This document shows, piece after piece, positions 36,061-49,820 of a stretch of DNA of 64,000 nt (position 1 is the stretch's first letter; every line of letters starts with the position of its first letter). The stretch is from Lama glama (Eukaryota), in the NCBI GenBank assembly GCA_028534125.1, contig CM052816.1, forward strand, positions 85,438,001-85,502,000, written 5' to 3'. Below the pieces are notes generated by a model. It was not told the origin of the DNA. It saw only the letters and a list, made by a program, of their open reading frames with translations, and searched no databases. Position numbers and translations under genes: made by a program.

Positions 36061-36339
36061 TATATAATTTCTTAATGATCACTTTGCCAAAAATTTCAAA
36101 TTTCTACCTTTTCCTTTCCTGTTAGTTTATTTTGCAACATAATCCCTACAGATTTAAGAGCATGCTTCCTCCAGAGGTATACTATGTTGTTTTATCATTC
36201 AGAGTTTTTACAAAAATTTTACAATGCATATCTTTCCACAGTATACAAACATTGTTATTTACAGAATTTTCAACAAACTTTTCTATAAAAATATCTGATG
36301 AGAAAATTTCCATAAAATATTTACTACAAGGAAGTTTTC

Positions 36340-36908
36340 CTAATGCATTAGATTGTTGACATGAAGGCTGTACACACTCTTAATGGAACTGTTGGGAAAC
36401 AGGCACTCACATGGATTACTGGCAGAAAGGAAAAAGAAAAAACCCAGCCCTGAGGGAGATGACTTTAGTGCATCTAAAAACTTTACATTTTGCCTTTATA
36501 CTTATACACAGCAATTCTACTTCAAGAAATTTACCTTGGAAATACAACTCTGATACTATGAAAATACTTACACAAAAGGCTATACGTTGCAAATAATTAC
36601 AAAACATTGGGAACCTGGCGAGCACTCTAGATTTTGTGTAAGAAAGATTTTATGTCCACATAATTTTGTTTTCAAAAAGAATATGCCAGATACTAATGAA
36701 ACTGGTACTTAACAAGGATAGAGTAGTATGGGATAGAAGGGATAAGAAAAAAGAATCCCAAACAGAAAGCAAACTGGACAAACGAATCAAAGGGTATTAC
36801 AGGTGAAAAATATAATCAAATGTAACAAGAACGACAAAAATAATTTCTCCAAGTGAAGTCTGAACATAACATTTTATACACCCTCAGGTAGAAGACATAC
36901 ACAAACAT

Positions 36909-36943
<35 letters not shown>

Positions 36944-38560
36944 AGTGCACACATCTACTGAATGCTTGGTATTCTTAGTGGTAATGATAGGCATTTAGCA
37001 ATTTTTTGAAATATTGTTCTATAATTTTTAGGATAGAGAAATAAGCAAATATATTATTGTTTAGAACTGGTTTCCTCATTGAAGAAAGGAAATATCAATA
37101 GCAAATAGCAAAAGGCAAGGAAGAACAATATAGGATTAGATTAGACTAATACAAGAACCAGTATAACTTCTGATGCATGTTTGCACATGGGTATATACAT
37201 AAATACATACACTCACATATACATAAACATACTGTTTTTATATGCATACATATATGTTGGAATTATGTATTATATATTTACAATGTATACATATACACAT
37301 GCATTTCAGAGTATATGTGGATGTGTGTGTATACTTCTATTATAAAGTTGAGAAATAAAGCCAAAGAGTTAAAAAATGTCCCCAAATTTTTATAGCTGAT
37401 GATTACTGGAGGTGGTGTTAAAATTTCAACACTCATCTCAAGAGTATATGTTCTGAATCACTAGATTGTCTTTCAAAAAAAAAGTTAAAATAAAAGCGAA
37501 AATTATAAAAATACAACAGCCAGAGAAGGAACAAGATGATGGATATATGACAAAGCAAATGTGCCCCAAACAATAAATGACAAGGTTATATACTTCATAA
37601 GTTGATTTGACACATCATACATATTACACACCGTGAAATACAAAGTACTCATGGAACATATAAACATGGTCAGCTTTTATGTTACAAAGATACCTCAATA
37701 AATTAAAAATTTATAGTACACTGGTAATGAAGCCACATCACAAAATGCAAAATTAATAACAAAATTTGAATTTAAATCACATTTTAAAGGTTGCATTGAA
37801 TTTAACTAAAATTAATTAAGTAAATTTGAAACATGTTATGACAAACTTTGTGTTTAAACAATGTAAATAATATTTTGACCCTTTAGAAAAGACGAAAGCA
37901 GTAGCACAGCCTATCAAAACTAAACAATCTCACTTGTGAACACAGATGGAAAACAAAGAAAGAAAATAAATTATAAATGCATTAAAGAAATAATACACAA
38001 GGACTAGCTATGTGTTATTACTGATGTTGGAAAAATAAATATTTACTCTCTTAAAAATATCTCCACATTATTGTTTAAATAGAAAAAAATACAATAATGA
38101 GATCATATCTAGATATGAAAAAGCTATTGCCTAATTGACTAAAATTCTTCTTATAAAAGTAAGTTATACTGCATAAATGTATGGTTTATCACACTTCCAA
38201 CTGAAGCCAACAGCCAAACCATACCGTTGATAGGAGCATTCCCATTAAATGAGGATCAAAGCAAAGATCAAAGCTACTGTCAACTTATTTACTCAACCCC
38301 ATGCAGAATTATAGAATTGAATACAAAATAGAAATATGAGAAAGGAGGTGAAAATGCCATATCCAAGTACAATATGATTTTTCCTTAAAATTCAAGAGAA
38401 TTATTTTGACGGTGAGATTTAATATTATATTATAAATTCTCCTATAACCATTTCTAATTGTTTTATAACTCAATTTAATACAAATTCCAAAATACAATTT
38501 ACAATATATCTGATTTTAACAGCCATAGGGAACAGTGAATAGAGTTACAGAAGTTTATAT
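36340..38560 (+). mobile_element. Highly degraded old L1 (L1MC/ME) fragments
   Basis: 'cagcaattctacttcaagaaatttac', 'cttgtgaacacagatggaaaa', 'ggagcattcccattaaa', 'tttaatacaaattccaa'. Confidence 0.5.
36911..36940 (+). repeat. (CA)n microsatellite
   Basis: Directly visible. Confidence 0.95.
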
Positions 38561-38931
38561 TCTGATGAGGAGACAGTGGGCAATAAAATAGTGATAATAC
38601 AAGGTCCTAGAGAGGAGAGTGGACGCTGAAGGCAGTTAGAAAGATGAACCTTACCCAGTAGGAAGTATATATTTTTCTATGAGAAAACAAGAAAGAAGAA
38701 GTGTTAAATGCATTGTAGGATTTATCACAAAATAGGATGGGAAAGTACAAACACAAGTTAAAACATGCATGTATACACACATTTCCTTTATTAAATATAT
38801 GTTAAAATGGTATATCAAATCACTGAGAATTAGACAGATAAAATAACTGACAAACTCAGTTGGTGAAGTAATTAAAAAAAAGAAACTCTCACCAGAAACC
38901 AAGTAATTTCTAGATATATTATACATTTACA

Positions 38932-39365
38932 TATATTAATTTCCTATTTTTGCTATGAAAAATACCACAAATTGTGGCTTCAAATAACACAAATTTATTA
39001 TTTTAGAGTGTGAGCTTTCAGACGTCTAAAATGGGTGGACTGAGCTATGATCCTTCAGGAGGCGGCAGAGAAAATCTTGTTTCTTAGCCTTTTTCAGTTT
39101 CTAGTGCTTGTCGACATTCCTTAGCTCCTGGGTCTGCATCACTCTGACATCACTCAGTCATCGTTATTTCCTCTTTTGAGCCTGACATTCCTACTTCCCT
39201 CTTCTAAATACCTTTTTGATTGTATCTGGCCCACCCAGATAATTCAGGATAATGTCTCCACCTCAAAATCATTAACTTAATCACATCTGTAATATCCCTT
39301 TTGCCACATAAGGTAAACTTACAAGCTTTGGGAAATAGGAGGTGAACATCTTTTGGGGTACCATA
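38932..39365 (-). mobile_element. MaLR LTR, MLT1D-like
   Basis: 'ggcccacccagataattcaggataatgtctcc...ttaacttaatcacatctg...cccttttgccacataaggtaa'. Confidence 0.8.
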
Positions 39366-39999
39366 TAAAAACAAATAAGCAAAATTACCAAAACTAAGAC
39401 ACAAATGCAAGATGACAGCATAGGTATGCATTTATATGCTTCAGATGGATACAAAACCTTTGTAAGACTCCACCATAAACCATATTCAATGAATATAGCT
39501 TTTAGATAACACAAAATCTGAAAAATGTGATTCTTATTATCAGAAATTCATATTCCAATGGTAAAAGGTCCTAAATCTATTAAAAAAAAAAAAGACTTCA
39601 CCAAAAAGATATAAAGTAACTACTGGATAGAGTAGGTTATTTGTATTACTAATAATCAAACCAATAATAAAATTACTATCAGATTTCAAAAATAGAAAAA
39701 ATGATGAAGTATTGAAACTTCATAAAGTGCTGAAGAAATGCAAATTGGTACCTGGTTCATTACGTATATCATAATTGCAAAGTATTTTCTAATGCTTTCT
39801 TCTCCAATTCTATTTCTAGAAATATGACCTAAAACAATAATTGGAAAAAGTAAAATATTTTGTAGAAGAAATCCTAAACAAGGATCAAAATATGAAGATT
39901 ACCTTAATAATTATAAGATGTCTAAAAACTATTACATTCTGCCAAAATATATAATGGCATGGAAGGATGTTCCAGCTTATATCAAATTACATATGACAA

Positions 40000-40000
<1 letters not shown>

Positions 40001-40031
<31 letters not shown>
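40001..40031 (+). repeat. (CA)n microsatellite
   Basis: Directly visible. Confidence 0.95.
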
Positions 40032-40033
<2 letters not shown>

Positions 40034-42649
40034 TGCTTCTCGCAGTCGTACACTGTAGCTAGAAGGTGTCACAACAAGCCCAGACTGAGTGACTACTTAT
40101 TTCTTAGTCAGTGAGAAACTTTGTCCTATAAATTAATAGGCAATGAGAACTGATGTTTGAAATTCTATTAATAAGATTGAAACCTACTCTTGCTTGAAGG
40201 ATCTTGGTCAAACACCACTGAGAATCAGCCTCCATTTAATTCTAGATACAGATCAAGGATTCCTGGGCTAACATTATACATCTATTTTAACTCTGTAGTT
40301 TCCAAGTGCATAGGATCCTGAGTTCACCTCATTGTCTAGACCTGATATTTACCCCCTTAAACATAGCTTTGTGTTACTTTGGCCCATCAAAACATTGCTT
40401 CATTGAAATTTCACCTGTTTTTTTTTTTCTCCCAAATCCTGTAATATCTAATTTTTCCCTTTGTTGAGAGAGAAATCCAAAGTTTTTCCGATGCATAGTT
40501 TTCTTTTTCCCAATCAGTCAAGAAACCTGAATTTGTCCGTATCAGGAGTTCAGCTGAGCTAAAAGAGACCTGAGCTGTCTGGTGTTGGAGTGAGTCAAAA
40601 TGAAAATAACAGTGGATGACGCCCTTAATCACTTATCACTCAATCACTGACAGTACAAGCAAAAGGCTACCCCCAGAGAAGGCTCCAACCTCTCTGCTGT
40701 TTCATCTTCCCCCATGAAACAGTAGCTTGGTGGAGAGTCAGGAAAATCAGCAAAGATGTGAGGTTTGTCTTATGACTGAGGGGTCCCAAACAAAACTCTC
40801 AGGAGGTTTAGTGGATCCAGGCCTGGGTGAAGGCTGAGGGGAGAGAGCTAGGAGGGGAAAAGTCGCTAGGTACGGAGTCACAGTGGTTAATCTGTCTTCA
40901 GGGTTTCCCTTTCCTCCTCATTCCAGACTCTACAAGTCAGTGTGAAGCGGACCTCTGCCCAAGACCTCAGAAAAAGAGACCTAGGAATAAAGGCACCTGT
41001 ACTAGGAGTGCAAATATGCAAAGACCATGAAGTGTCTGAGTCCTTGCCTGCATCTCCCTTCAGAGGTTGTGGGCAAAATCTGGTGTGGGAAGGGCAGCTT
41101 TCCTGGTAAAGCCTGCCAAGTTAAGTCTTTCTAATTACCTGCGGTTGAGCCTGAGATATCACCCACTGCTTTTTAACAAGGAGCCAGATGCCTCAGTCAG
41201 ACAACAGTTTTGTCCCTTATAGTCTTAGCTCTCTGGTCTAAGATGGTACATAGATATGAATATATACACACACTTCTGTGCACACACATCCATACACACA
41301 CACACATTTACATATCTAAACAAACATAGTTCATGATGGGTATAGCTAGTGGAAAATTCCATTTTAATGTTTGCTTATTTACACATACTAACTTTCGTCT
41401 ATTAAACCAATATTACTAAGCAATATTGCACTACTAAGAATTGGGAAAATGTGAAATAAAGATAAATAGAGCCAGTAAAAACAGTTTGTTTAAAATAATG
41501 ATAACACGAAGCCAATATAACTCCATAAAAAACAATAGAAGTGTTCACCATCTCTGAAATTAAAAGTAATGAACTTGCTTAATAAGGAGCAATTGTCTAA
41601 GGGAATTTAGAATAATCAAACAAATAAGTGTGCTTAAAAATGAGACTTCTATTTGTCAAAATAAATACAAATGCAATTTATCTACATATCCATGAATACA
41701 GAAGAATGCTTTTCAACTGTCTGCATACTTTAAGATTGTTAACAGAAACACATTTAGGAACATGAAATGCATTTCAGAGTAGGTAGATTCCATTTAAATG
41801 ATTTTTTCAATAATACTCCAACTCCCAGAATTGAAATATGTGCACCTACTTCTCATTTTCTGTGTACATAATATCTTCCACAAAAATGAAACAAATAAAG
41901 AAATATGGGATTCCACAAATCGTATTAAAATGACTTCATATCTTGTAGGACAGAAAAGCAAGATACATGTGTTTTAGCTTTCGATTGATTTGTCATGTGA
42001 GACAAAGGAAATTTCTGCATAAACCTTGTACATATGTGCAAAGGCTTGACTGCAGCAGGGTCTTAAGTCTACTTAAGCCTAAAGGACTTATTTCTGGGAC
42101 AACTAGGCCTGGCTTTATGCCCTAACAAATGATATCATGCCTTTGTACTGACCAGTCACAAAAGAAAGTTTTAATCTAATCAAACAGTGTTTTTATGAAC
42201 CAAACCTAATGTAGAGTAAAATTCCTGCTTCTTGCATTATAACTACCTCTTGGATGACACATTCAGAAAGATTTGTTCTATTTATTCTAGCAAGCCATGG
42301 GCACTCTTAGACTGACAAGCTAATAAACTCAGTCTTGATCTAGATGAATTAAAATACACACTGAAGAAAGGAAAACTCAAAAATTTCTGGAATTCTTATA
42401 TGCTGTCTCTAAATTATCATTAATTTCCAAAATCCCACAATATCATTGCAGCCCAAAAATTTTAAAAGTGTCATTGAATTTTGATGACTAGTGATATTTT
42501 GATCTCAGTCACATTCATGGTTACCCCAAGAGAAGCCAAAGCCCATTCTGAATGTTTCCCAATGTCTGAGTATAAAATTAGACTATCTTGGGTCAGAAAC
42601 TATCAGGATCTGTTCTCTTTCTCTCTGTTGCAGTCCCAAAGTTGGGAAA

Positions 42650-43210
42650 ATTAGGAAGATACCCCACTGAGGAAGTGACTGAGGTTCCTATCTGAAGTGA
42701 GTAGGGGTTTTGAAGTGAGAAGGTTGGGAAGCATCTCCCAAGCAGAGGAAGCAGTGTGGGCAAGAAAAGTAAAAGAGGTAATTTCTAGAGAATGAAACAA
42801 AGACAGTGCTACTAGAATAGGGAAAGAAAGAGGTTTTATGGAATGGGGAGGAGGACCCATGGCTTTTCATCAAGACTATGGCCTTAGGCTAACAGCTATA
42901 AACATAACTGAACATATTAGAGCAGCATGATTAGACTTCCGTTTTGTGATTGTCATTGTAGTTTGGATATTCAGAATGAGTCAGCAGGAGGCAAAGAAGG
43001 AAATTGTTAGACACAATTCCAGACAATTCCAAATCCAGTTTCTAGACAGTTGCAGCAGCATACTTAAGAAATGATGTGGGGTAGAGAAAACTGGACAGAA
43101 ATACATAGATATTAAAGATAAAAATCGGAGAAACTTGCAGGTAGGTTGGTTAATATAGTTTAGAGCAAAGGAAGTAAAAACTAAAATTTGGATTTCTGGA
43201 TGGAAAATCT
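42650..43210 (-). mobile_element. L2 fragment
   Basis: Purine-rich antisense L2 body 'ggaagataccccactgaggaagtga...gcatgattagactt'. Confidence 0.55.
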
Positions 43211-43447
43211 TTTGGATCATTGTCTTGCATGTAGGCATACACACACACAGACAGACACATTTCTGTTTGTTTTTCCTAAAGATTCCCATTTTGTTATCCT
43301 GAAAACAACTCTATTTTCCCCTTATTTTTAAATCATTCTTATATTTTTCTGAATTTACAGAGTAACATGGTTGAAATTATTTTCTAACTTCATCTTTTTT
43401 TGTCAATGTCAACATTTTATTGAATACAAAGTACATATAAAAATCCT

Positions 43448-45944
43448 TACAGTCCAACAACACTAAATCAAGAAGAAAGATAATTTGAATACACTGATCC
43501 CTAGAAGTGAAATAGAATCTATAATAAAAACACTCCCTGCAAACAAAAGTCCAGGACCATATGGCTTCACTGGGGAATTCTACCATATATACAAAGAAAA
43601 AATTCAACACCCGTTCAAAAAACTCTTTCAAAGTGGATATAGAGGGAATATATCTCAACATAATAAAAGTTATTTACAATAAACCCACAGCCAATATAAT
43701 ACTCAAAGGTAAAAAGTTGAAAGCCTTCCTACTAAAATTTAGAACAAGACAACGATGCTCACTCTTCACCACTTCTGTTCAACATACTATTGGAAGTCCT
43801 AGGCACAGTGATCAGACCAGAATAAGAAATAAAAGGGATACAAAGTGGAAGAGAAGAGGTAAAATTGTTACTATATGCAGATGATATAACACTATATATA
43901 GAAAACCTTAAAGGCTCCACACAAAAACTACTAGAGCTGATACATGTATTCAGCAAGGTAGCAGTTTATAAGATTAACACGCAAAAATCCGTTGCATTTC
44001 TTTACACTAACAAAGAAATACCAGAAAAGGAAAGTTTAAAAAAAATTCATTTGAAAATCACATCAAAAAATAAATACTTAGGGATAAACTTGACCAAGGA
44101 GGTGAAAGACTTATGCACTGAAAATTACAAAACATTGATAAGGAAATTAAAGATGATTTAAAGAAATGGAAAGGTATCTCATCTTCTTGGATTAGAAGAA
44201 TGAATATTGTTAATATAGCCATACCACCCAAAGTAATCTACAGATTTAATGATCTTTGTAGTGTGACTGCTATAAAGTTATCCAAGACATTTTTCACATA
44301 ACCAGAACAAATAATCCTAAAATTTATATGGAATCGTAAGAGGCCCAGAATTGCCAAAGCAATACTGAAGAAAAGGAATAATGCTGGAGGAATAACCCTC
44401 CCAGGCTTCAGACAGTACAACAAAGTTACAGTAATTAAAGCAGTGTGGTATTGGTACAAAAACAGACACATGGATCAATGGAACAGAACAGACAGCCCAG
44501 AAGTAAACCCACACACCTACAGTCAATTAATCTTTGACAAAGGAGGCAAGAATACACAATGGAGAAAAGACAGTCTCTTTGGCTTGTGGTGTTGGGAAAG
44601 CTGGACAGCTGCATGTAAATCAATGAAGTTTGAAGACTCTCTCACACCATACACAAAAATAAACTCAAAATGGCTTAAAGACAAACATAAGACAGGACAC
44701 GTTAAACCTCCCAGAAGAGAACATAGACAAAATATTCTCTAACATAAATCATAGCAATGTTTTCCTAGTTCAGTCTCCTAATGCAATAGAAATAAAGCAA
44801 AAATAAATAAATGAGACCTAAATAAACTTATAAGCTTTTGCATAGCAAAAGAAACCATAAACAAAACCAAAAGACAACCTAAGGAATAGGAGAAAATATT
44901 TGCAAACATTGCGACTGACAAGGGCTTAACTTCCATACTAACAGCTCATACAACACAATAACAAAAAAAAACAAGCAACTCAACCAAAACATGGGCAGAA
45001 TACCTAAACAGACATTTCTCCAATGAAGACATACAGATGGCCAACAAGCACATGAAAAGATGCTCAATATCCAATATTGTTAATTGTCAGAAAAATACAA
45101 ATCAAAACTACAATGAGGTACCACTTCACACCGCTCAGAATGGCCATCATTAAAAAGACCACAAACAATAAAAAATGGAGAGGATGTGGAGAAGAGGGAA
45201 CCCTCCAACACTGTTGGTGGGAATGTAGTTTGGTGCAGCCACTGTGGAAAGCAGTAGGGAGATTCCTTAAAAAACTGTAAATAGTTATCATACGATCCAG
45301 CAATCCCACTCCCAGGCATATATCCAGAGAAAACTCCAACTCAAAAAGATACATGCACCCCAGTGTTCATAGCAGCAGTATTTACAATAGCCAAGACATG
45401 GAAGCAACCTAAATGTCTATCAATAGATGACTAGATAAAGAAGATGTGGCATATGTACATATATAATTGAATAATACTCAGACAAAACCAAAACAAAACA
45501 AAACATAGAATGAAATAATGCCATTTGCAGCAACATGCAAAGACCTAGAGCTTATCATACTAAATGAAGTAAGTTAGAGAAAAACAAATATCACATGATA
45601 TTACTTGTATGTGGTATCTAAAAAAAAAATGAGACAAATGAACTCATTTGCAAAATAGAAACAGACTCACAGACATAGAAAACAAACTTATGGTTACCAA
45701 AGGGGAAAGTAGGGGGAGGGATAAATTAGGAGTTTGGGATTAACAGATAAAAATTAATATATATATATAAAATAGCTAAACAACAAGGTCCTACTGTATA
45801 GTACAGGAAACTATATTCAATATCTTGCAATAACCTATAATTAAAAAGAGTACATATATATATATGTATGTATGTATGTATGACTGAATCACTGTGCTGT
45901 ATACCAGAAACTAACACAACATTGTAAACTATACTTCAATTAAA
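43448..45944 (+). mobile_element. 5'-truncated L1 (~2.5 kb): disrupted ORF2 RT/C-terminal region, 3'UTR and poly(A)
   Basis: ORF-track peptides [65 protein letters not shown]...HCWWEC. Many frameshifts and stops. TSD AAAAATCCT (43439-43447 / 45945-45953). Confidence 0.97.
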
Positions 45945-46150
45945 AAAAATCCTAAGGATACAGCTTAATGAATTTTCACAAAAAGTACACAACCATGTAT
46001 GGAGCATCCAAATCAAGAAACAGATCATTAACTGAAATCCAGAAGCCCCTGAGGCCACCTTTCATTCACAACCCACTGCCTCAAGGGTAACTGCCGTTCT
46101 GACTTCTAATAGCCTAGATTAGTCTTGCTGTTTTTTCAAATTTATGTGTG
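45945..46150 (-). mobile_element. Old L1ME/MB 3' end, continuing from ~43410-43447 and split by the younger L1
   Basis: 'ttttattgaatacaaagtacatataaaaatcct | aaggatacagcttaatgaattttcacaaa...aatcaagaaacaga...ctgacttctaata'. Confidence 0.7.
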
Positions 46151-48427
46151 TTGCAAGCAAAACAAAACAAAACAAAGAGTGTGCTGAGTTTTAATTTTGC
46201 TTTTCATGTTGATTGTTTTACATTGTTTGCAGTTTTTAAATTTAGTATCAGTAAGCCAAATAATTCCATCCTACAACATTTTGGTTCATGCTGTTGTAGG
46301 CATACAGCTGGTTAGTTCCTTGAAAATAGTCACTGAAAAAAGCAGACTGAGAGTAGAATATAAAGAAAATTAAAGGCATGTACTAAATGCAAAATAGTGC
46401 AGGTAAGGGAGAGAAATTTCAAGCTAAGTTATATGTGTTTTCATAAACTTTGAATACTCGATCACTGGTTTTTGCATAAAAATGTTAATTATTTTTAGTA
46501 AGGTTGTCAATATATAATGGCAATTCACGGTGATATTCACTTTATTTTTAATTACTACTACACAGAATTTATTATAATATCAAAGGAGAACTTTAATATT
46601 TGTTGCTTTGCCAATAGCTGTTCTAAATTCTTTGATGGGTGATTTCCTCAAGATTGGATAACTAGGTGTTTAGATTAGAAATACAACATGAAAAGATTTT
46701 TTTCAGACACTGTCACATTCTTAATGCCAGAATCTGAAATCCTCTTAAACAAAATACTTGATAAAGTGTCAGTGAAGCTACTATCCCTAAAATTTCAGGA
46801 AGTAGATCCCAGTGGATTTTTACATTCTGCTCCTGACAGTTAAAGGGAAGGGTAAACTATTTTAGCTAATCCATACTCTTGAATACTAATTGAGCCTTAA
46901 ATCTATTTCGAATATTTCTTATGCTAATTCATAAGACACATTCTTATGCTAAATCATAAAATAAAACTTTTTAATCTAATATGCTAATTAGAAAAGTGCC
47001 GATGGTTGAATGAAATATGTCTAACAGAAGAATATTTAATAACTCATTCTACTACTCAGCTTTTTCTCTTATAAAACTAGCTGATTGCCTTCAAACTGTT
47101 TTTTTGATAGAATTTGTTCTCATTACACTTAGAATTAAACTTAATCGACATATACATAATAAATGTTTCACATTGATTACATGAAAGTGCATTAAATATA
47201 TTGTCTTTAAAATAAAAGGACCATTATTGACAAGAATAAAATATATTTAAGATTGTATCATTAAAATACAAAGTGTTATTTTAATGTTAAGGTTCATTTT
47301 ATTTAAAGAAAAAATTGACTCAATTTTTGCAAGCCAGGAGCTACAATAAAACACAGGAAACATTATATTTAAACTATTTTAAGAAATTAAAATTATTCCT
47401 TAGCTGTCATACCCAGCAGTAGAATTTCACAGAGCCAATACACATTAGAGAAGTGAGATTTAATTATAGCTGTTTTAAACTGTAAAAAGCTCATAATTTG
47501 CACAGGGAAATTTGATGAAGAGGATATGTTATTATTACATTTTAGATTATGAGTGTGTATTGATTTTGAAATGTTGCTTTGGGCAATTTTATCAGAGCCC
47601 ATCCAAACTTTAAAACAATATTTTGAGAAAATATAACTTTGGAGGAACAATGGCAATATCTATAATGATCATTCATCCTTGGTTTTAGTAGAAGTTCCCC
47701 TCAGTAATTTCGAGAGGTGAAAATGATATATCCTCATCACTGTTTTTTTCAGCTGAAGCTCTTTGCTCTTGAACTTTCCTGCCAAGAATCATTGTTGAAG
47801 CAACGCATTTCAATGTTGCCTGCCCACCTGGCCTGAGGCCAGCAATGGGTTCTTACCTTAGGAGATAATGTGACACACAAGCCCTAAAAATAAAGGAAAA
47901 CATCTTTTAAAAATTAAAATTATAATACTTTCAAAATAAAAAGATAAAGCTGATGTTGAAAATGTCTGCCTTGATCACTTTTATGATATCGCTACCTATA
48001 TATATAAAGCCTTCATCATTGTGTGTATTACATATTTCTATTACAAATTGTGATTTTATACCTATGGATAGTTATTTGCTTACTTGTTTACTGTCTGCCC
48101 TAATTTGCCTTCATTTATATACCCTCTACAGTTCAGTATTTTATTGTATCAATGGTAAATATGAAGCCTGACACAAGGAATGCAAATAACATTTTATGAT
48201 AATTTATTGTGGTTATCTTTAACTTTTATCAGTTATAAGAAACTTCAGTTACTACTTTTGTGATATATTTAAGCATAAAAGTTGAACATTTCTGAAGACT
48301 AACCATTAGTTACTAAAAACACAATCTGGAGAAAATAAAACAACTAACTATAAGCATTCCCTAAATAGATATGTAAATCTTCAGTACTGTATTCAAAGTA
48401 TCTTTGTAGCATCATTCCCACCCTCTC

Positions 48428-48520
48428 TTTTTTTTTTAACGGTGGTACTGGGGATTGAATACAGAACCTCATGCATGCTAAGCACACACCTAACAGTGAA
48501 CTATACCCTTTTTCCCCCCA
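48428..48520 (-). mobile_element. tRNA-derived camelid SINE (Vic-1-like)
   Basis: Poly-T followed by 'gtactggggattgaa...cctcatgcatgctaagca...tgaactataccc'. Confidence 0.85.
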
Positions 48521-49099
48521 CACTTCCCAATTTCTATTTCCCATTGCTCCAACCTTGTTTACTTGTTATTCCCTGAATAAAGATAAATAACTTTTTGGCT
48601 CAAATATCATATTCTCTTTGCCCAAAATAATGCCACCATTTCTTTCTATGGGTTATTTATTCTTTGCTTAAAGTGCCACTATTTTCATTATTTTTCCACC
48701 TCAGAAGGAAGCATTTTTCCTTTTCATGGCTCCATATTACTTACCTCTCTTTCAGTCTTAATCTCAGTTCGAGGATTTAGCAATGAATCATGGGCAGGAA
48801 AAAATCCGAGAAATTATCCTTAAGGACTAGTCTCTGAACATGAGCGTACAAGTTCAATTGAATTTTTCAATTTCCGCCTACAAATTTATCTACATTTCAT
48901 CCTTTTCTCTATATTCTGTTACCAGTACCCACATTTATGTTGTATTGCAACTCAACAGTGCTACTTCAACAATATACAAAAGATGTTCCTTTTTTGTGTC
49001 ATCTTGGTCTCCTCAAAATATCTCACAAAATGTGTAAGGTTGGACATCTAAAATGCCAATGTGACAACGTCAACCCTGAAAACAAAACACTTAGGGGCT

Positions 49100-49820
49100 C
49101 CCTATTTTCTCCCAGGTTGAGTAGGATCTCTTTGATCTGACAGCCAGTACCTCTGAGACTGTTTCTGCAGAATTTCCCCCTTGTTCTCCCTTCATTCCAG
49201 TTCTCCACTTCTGTACTCCAGTAATACAAATTGCTTGACTTGACATTGTCTACAACTGCATTCCTCATGCTGTTTCTACAACTTGGGATCCCTCTCCCAC
49301 TCTCCTTCCTTCCTTAACTCTCTAACTTTATGACATTTCAGAGAATACATCCTAATTTAGCCTCATTCACAAGCTCTCTTGGTAGATAATTTTTCATACA
49401 CTCTAGTACCACCTTGTGTACTGAATGTGTCTGCATTTTTAAAATTCAACATGAATTGAATTGTAACCCTTCATTTTTATCCTGCAGTTGTATGACCTTG
49501 AGCAAGATAAATCTCTGTGCCTCAGTTTTCTCCTCTGAGATATGAGAATGAGAGCTGAACCTAAACTGAAAGACTGTTATAAAGATAAAACTAAACCATG
49601 CTTGATTCAAGGAAAGCATCCACTAAATGTTCCATACTTATTTTATAACATTTATTATTTGTGTTATGAACATCTGTTTCCATGTCGATCTGTGTCTCCA
49701 GATTGTCAACTCCTTGAAGGCAGAATTCATGATTTGTCTACTTTGGTGTCAGCACAGCATAGAATAATGGTAAGCACACAGGCTTATTCAAAACTTTGCT
49801 TAGTTAAAGAATAAAATGAT
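49100..49820 (+). mobile_element. L2 3' end with a nested MIR (~49480-49640)
   Basis: MIR core 'tgaccttgagcaag...tctctgtgcctcagttttctc' and L2 end 'agattgtcaactccttgaaggcaga'. Confidence 0.7.

Noticed and set aside
43485..45280. RT-like ORFs as an active or novel reverse transcriptase system
   Set aside because: These are ordinary L1 ORF2 remnants, truncated, frameshifted and internally deleted.
48739..48880. Minus-strand exon with a strong GAG|gtaagt donor
   Set aside because: All three frames from the plausible acceptor contain stops and the pyrimidine tract is weak.
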